This document shows, one piece after another, positions 63,026-64,000 of a DNA stretch of 64,000 bases (positions within the stretch are counted from its first letter, which is position 1; each line of letters starts with the position of its first letter). Source of the stretch: Patellaria atrata CBS 101060 (Eukaryota); assembly GCA_010093705.1 (NCBI GenBank), contig MU006094.1:234020-298019 (forward strand), given 5' to 3'. The position numbers and the translations under genes were made by a program. The notes under the pieces are model-generated. The model saw nothing but the letters and a program-made list of their open reading frames with translations, searched no databases and was not told where the DNA came from.

Positions 63026-64000
63026 CTACTCCAGCTTTCCATTCCCATCCCACGGCCATAATTTCCTAGCTCGTTCCTCTGTGGCCTCCTCGTTGCCATA
63101 TCTCAGTTCTTCCCGATTGGATCTCATCCATTGTTCAAATGCGGCTTTATGCGCCTCCTCCGCCGCTTCAAACGCTTCGGCGGGACGCCAACCATCTCCG
63201 TTCGAGCCTAACGAGTCTTGCAGCCACAACTTCAATCTCTGATGAACCTCGAAGTCCTCATATTCCTTCTTATGCTTTACTAATTCTTCCTCTGATGGTT
63301 GGTAAGCGCATTCACCGGGTAATCCAAGCCCCTTCCATCGCCGCGTGAGCTCTAACAACTCCTGCCGTATGGCGGCGGCGCCCATCGACCATGTATTCGG
63401 CACGAAACGCAAAAGCCTGAAATAATTTTCGTCGCTGATCTTAGCTGAAAAGAGTGCCGGACTCCAGGCACGAAGGCCGACCGCGAAGGTCTTTTGGCAG
63501 ATTTCAAGATCCTTTTCTTGTTTGGCTTTCGATTCTGCGTTTTCCATCTCTTCGAACATGTTCGGAATGAAACCTGCCCTTTGAGCATCACGTACAGAGG
63601 AGTCAATCATATCTGGCTCTTCTTTGGCATAACTGAAGACAGGCTCGATGCTAGTAGATTGCCAGTCTATGATTGCAGTGATTTGGGATGGATCCTCTTC
63701 AGATACAAAAATATTCCGGGCGTGGAGGTCGGGATGATAAAGTGTTGGAATAGAGGAATTGATTACTTGAGGAGCTTTTGATAGCTGATTGGTGAGGATG
63801 CTTCGGCATATTTCTAGAAGTCGTAGGTGCTCACTGACAGATCCATGATAAGGGAGTTCATCAGCGCCAGCATGTGGGTTATCAGGCACCTGGGCGACGC
63901 CAGCATCGACGAGTGCTGAGGTGTATTCCTCGATATTTGACCCTATTTACTGCTAAGGTTCCTTTCAAAGTGATTGAAGTCTAACTTACAAGGACCTTGA
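63026..64000 (-). CDS. Aminoglycoside-phosphotransferase/kinase-like family protein (Aim9-like), 5' truncated by the window
   Basis: LYHPDLHARNIFV and IIDWQ motifs. An intron at ~63989-63943 shows the gene continues past 64000. Confidence 0.8.

Overview
Gene-dense, intron-containing DNA from a filamentous ascomycete (Pezizomycotina-type GT-AG introns with CTRAC branch sites), with one 145-nt N gap. I can support about 22 protein-coding genes: a LIM-binding coregulator (PtaB/Mfg1-like), V-ATPase subunit B, an Ino4-like bHLH factor, a TMEM135-like protein, a putative SAM methyltransferase, DNA polymerase iota, sphingosine-1-phosphate lyase, PFK2/FBPase2, Rxt3, Btn1, a WDR62/MAPKBP1-like WD40 protein, acetyl-CoA synthetase, an ADAM protease, an HSL-type lipase, Rad7, phosphomannose isomerase, Snu66, Pth2, an APH-family protein and several hypotheticals. 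There is also one decayed TauD dioxygenase pseudogene. I found no intact transposon, intact tRNA, rRNA or CRISPR array, and no clear-cut new multi-gene system. The best leads are at the splicing and composition level: (1) two ~570-nt first introns in the coregulators ptaB and rxt3 that carry arrays of donor-like or branch-point-like motifs, plus a frame-preserving candidate cassette exon in rxt3; (2) a PMI intron ending in GG rather than AG; (3) a rad7 start codon split by an intron; (4) C-rich-then-G-rich gene ends concentrated at convergent gene pairs; (5) an over-represented intergenic TACWGTA-type motif; (6) a GTAC-rich element bounded by inverted repeats. Family assignments come from motif recognition by eye, not database searches.
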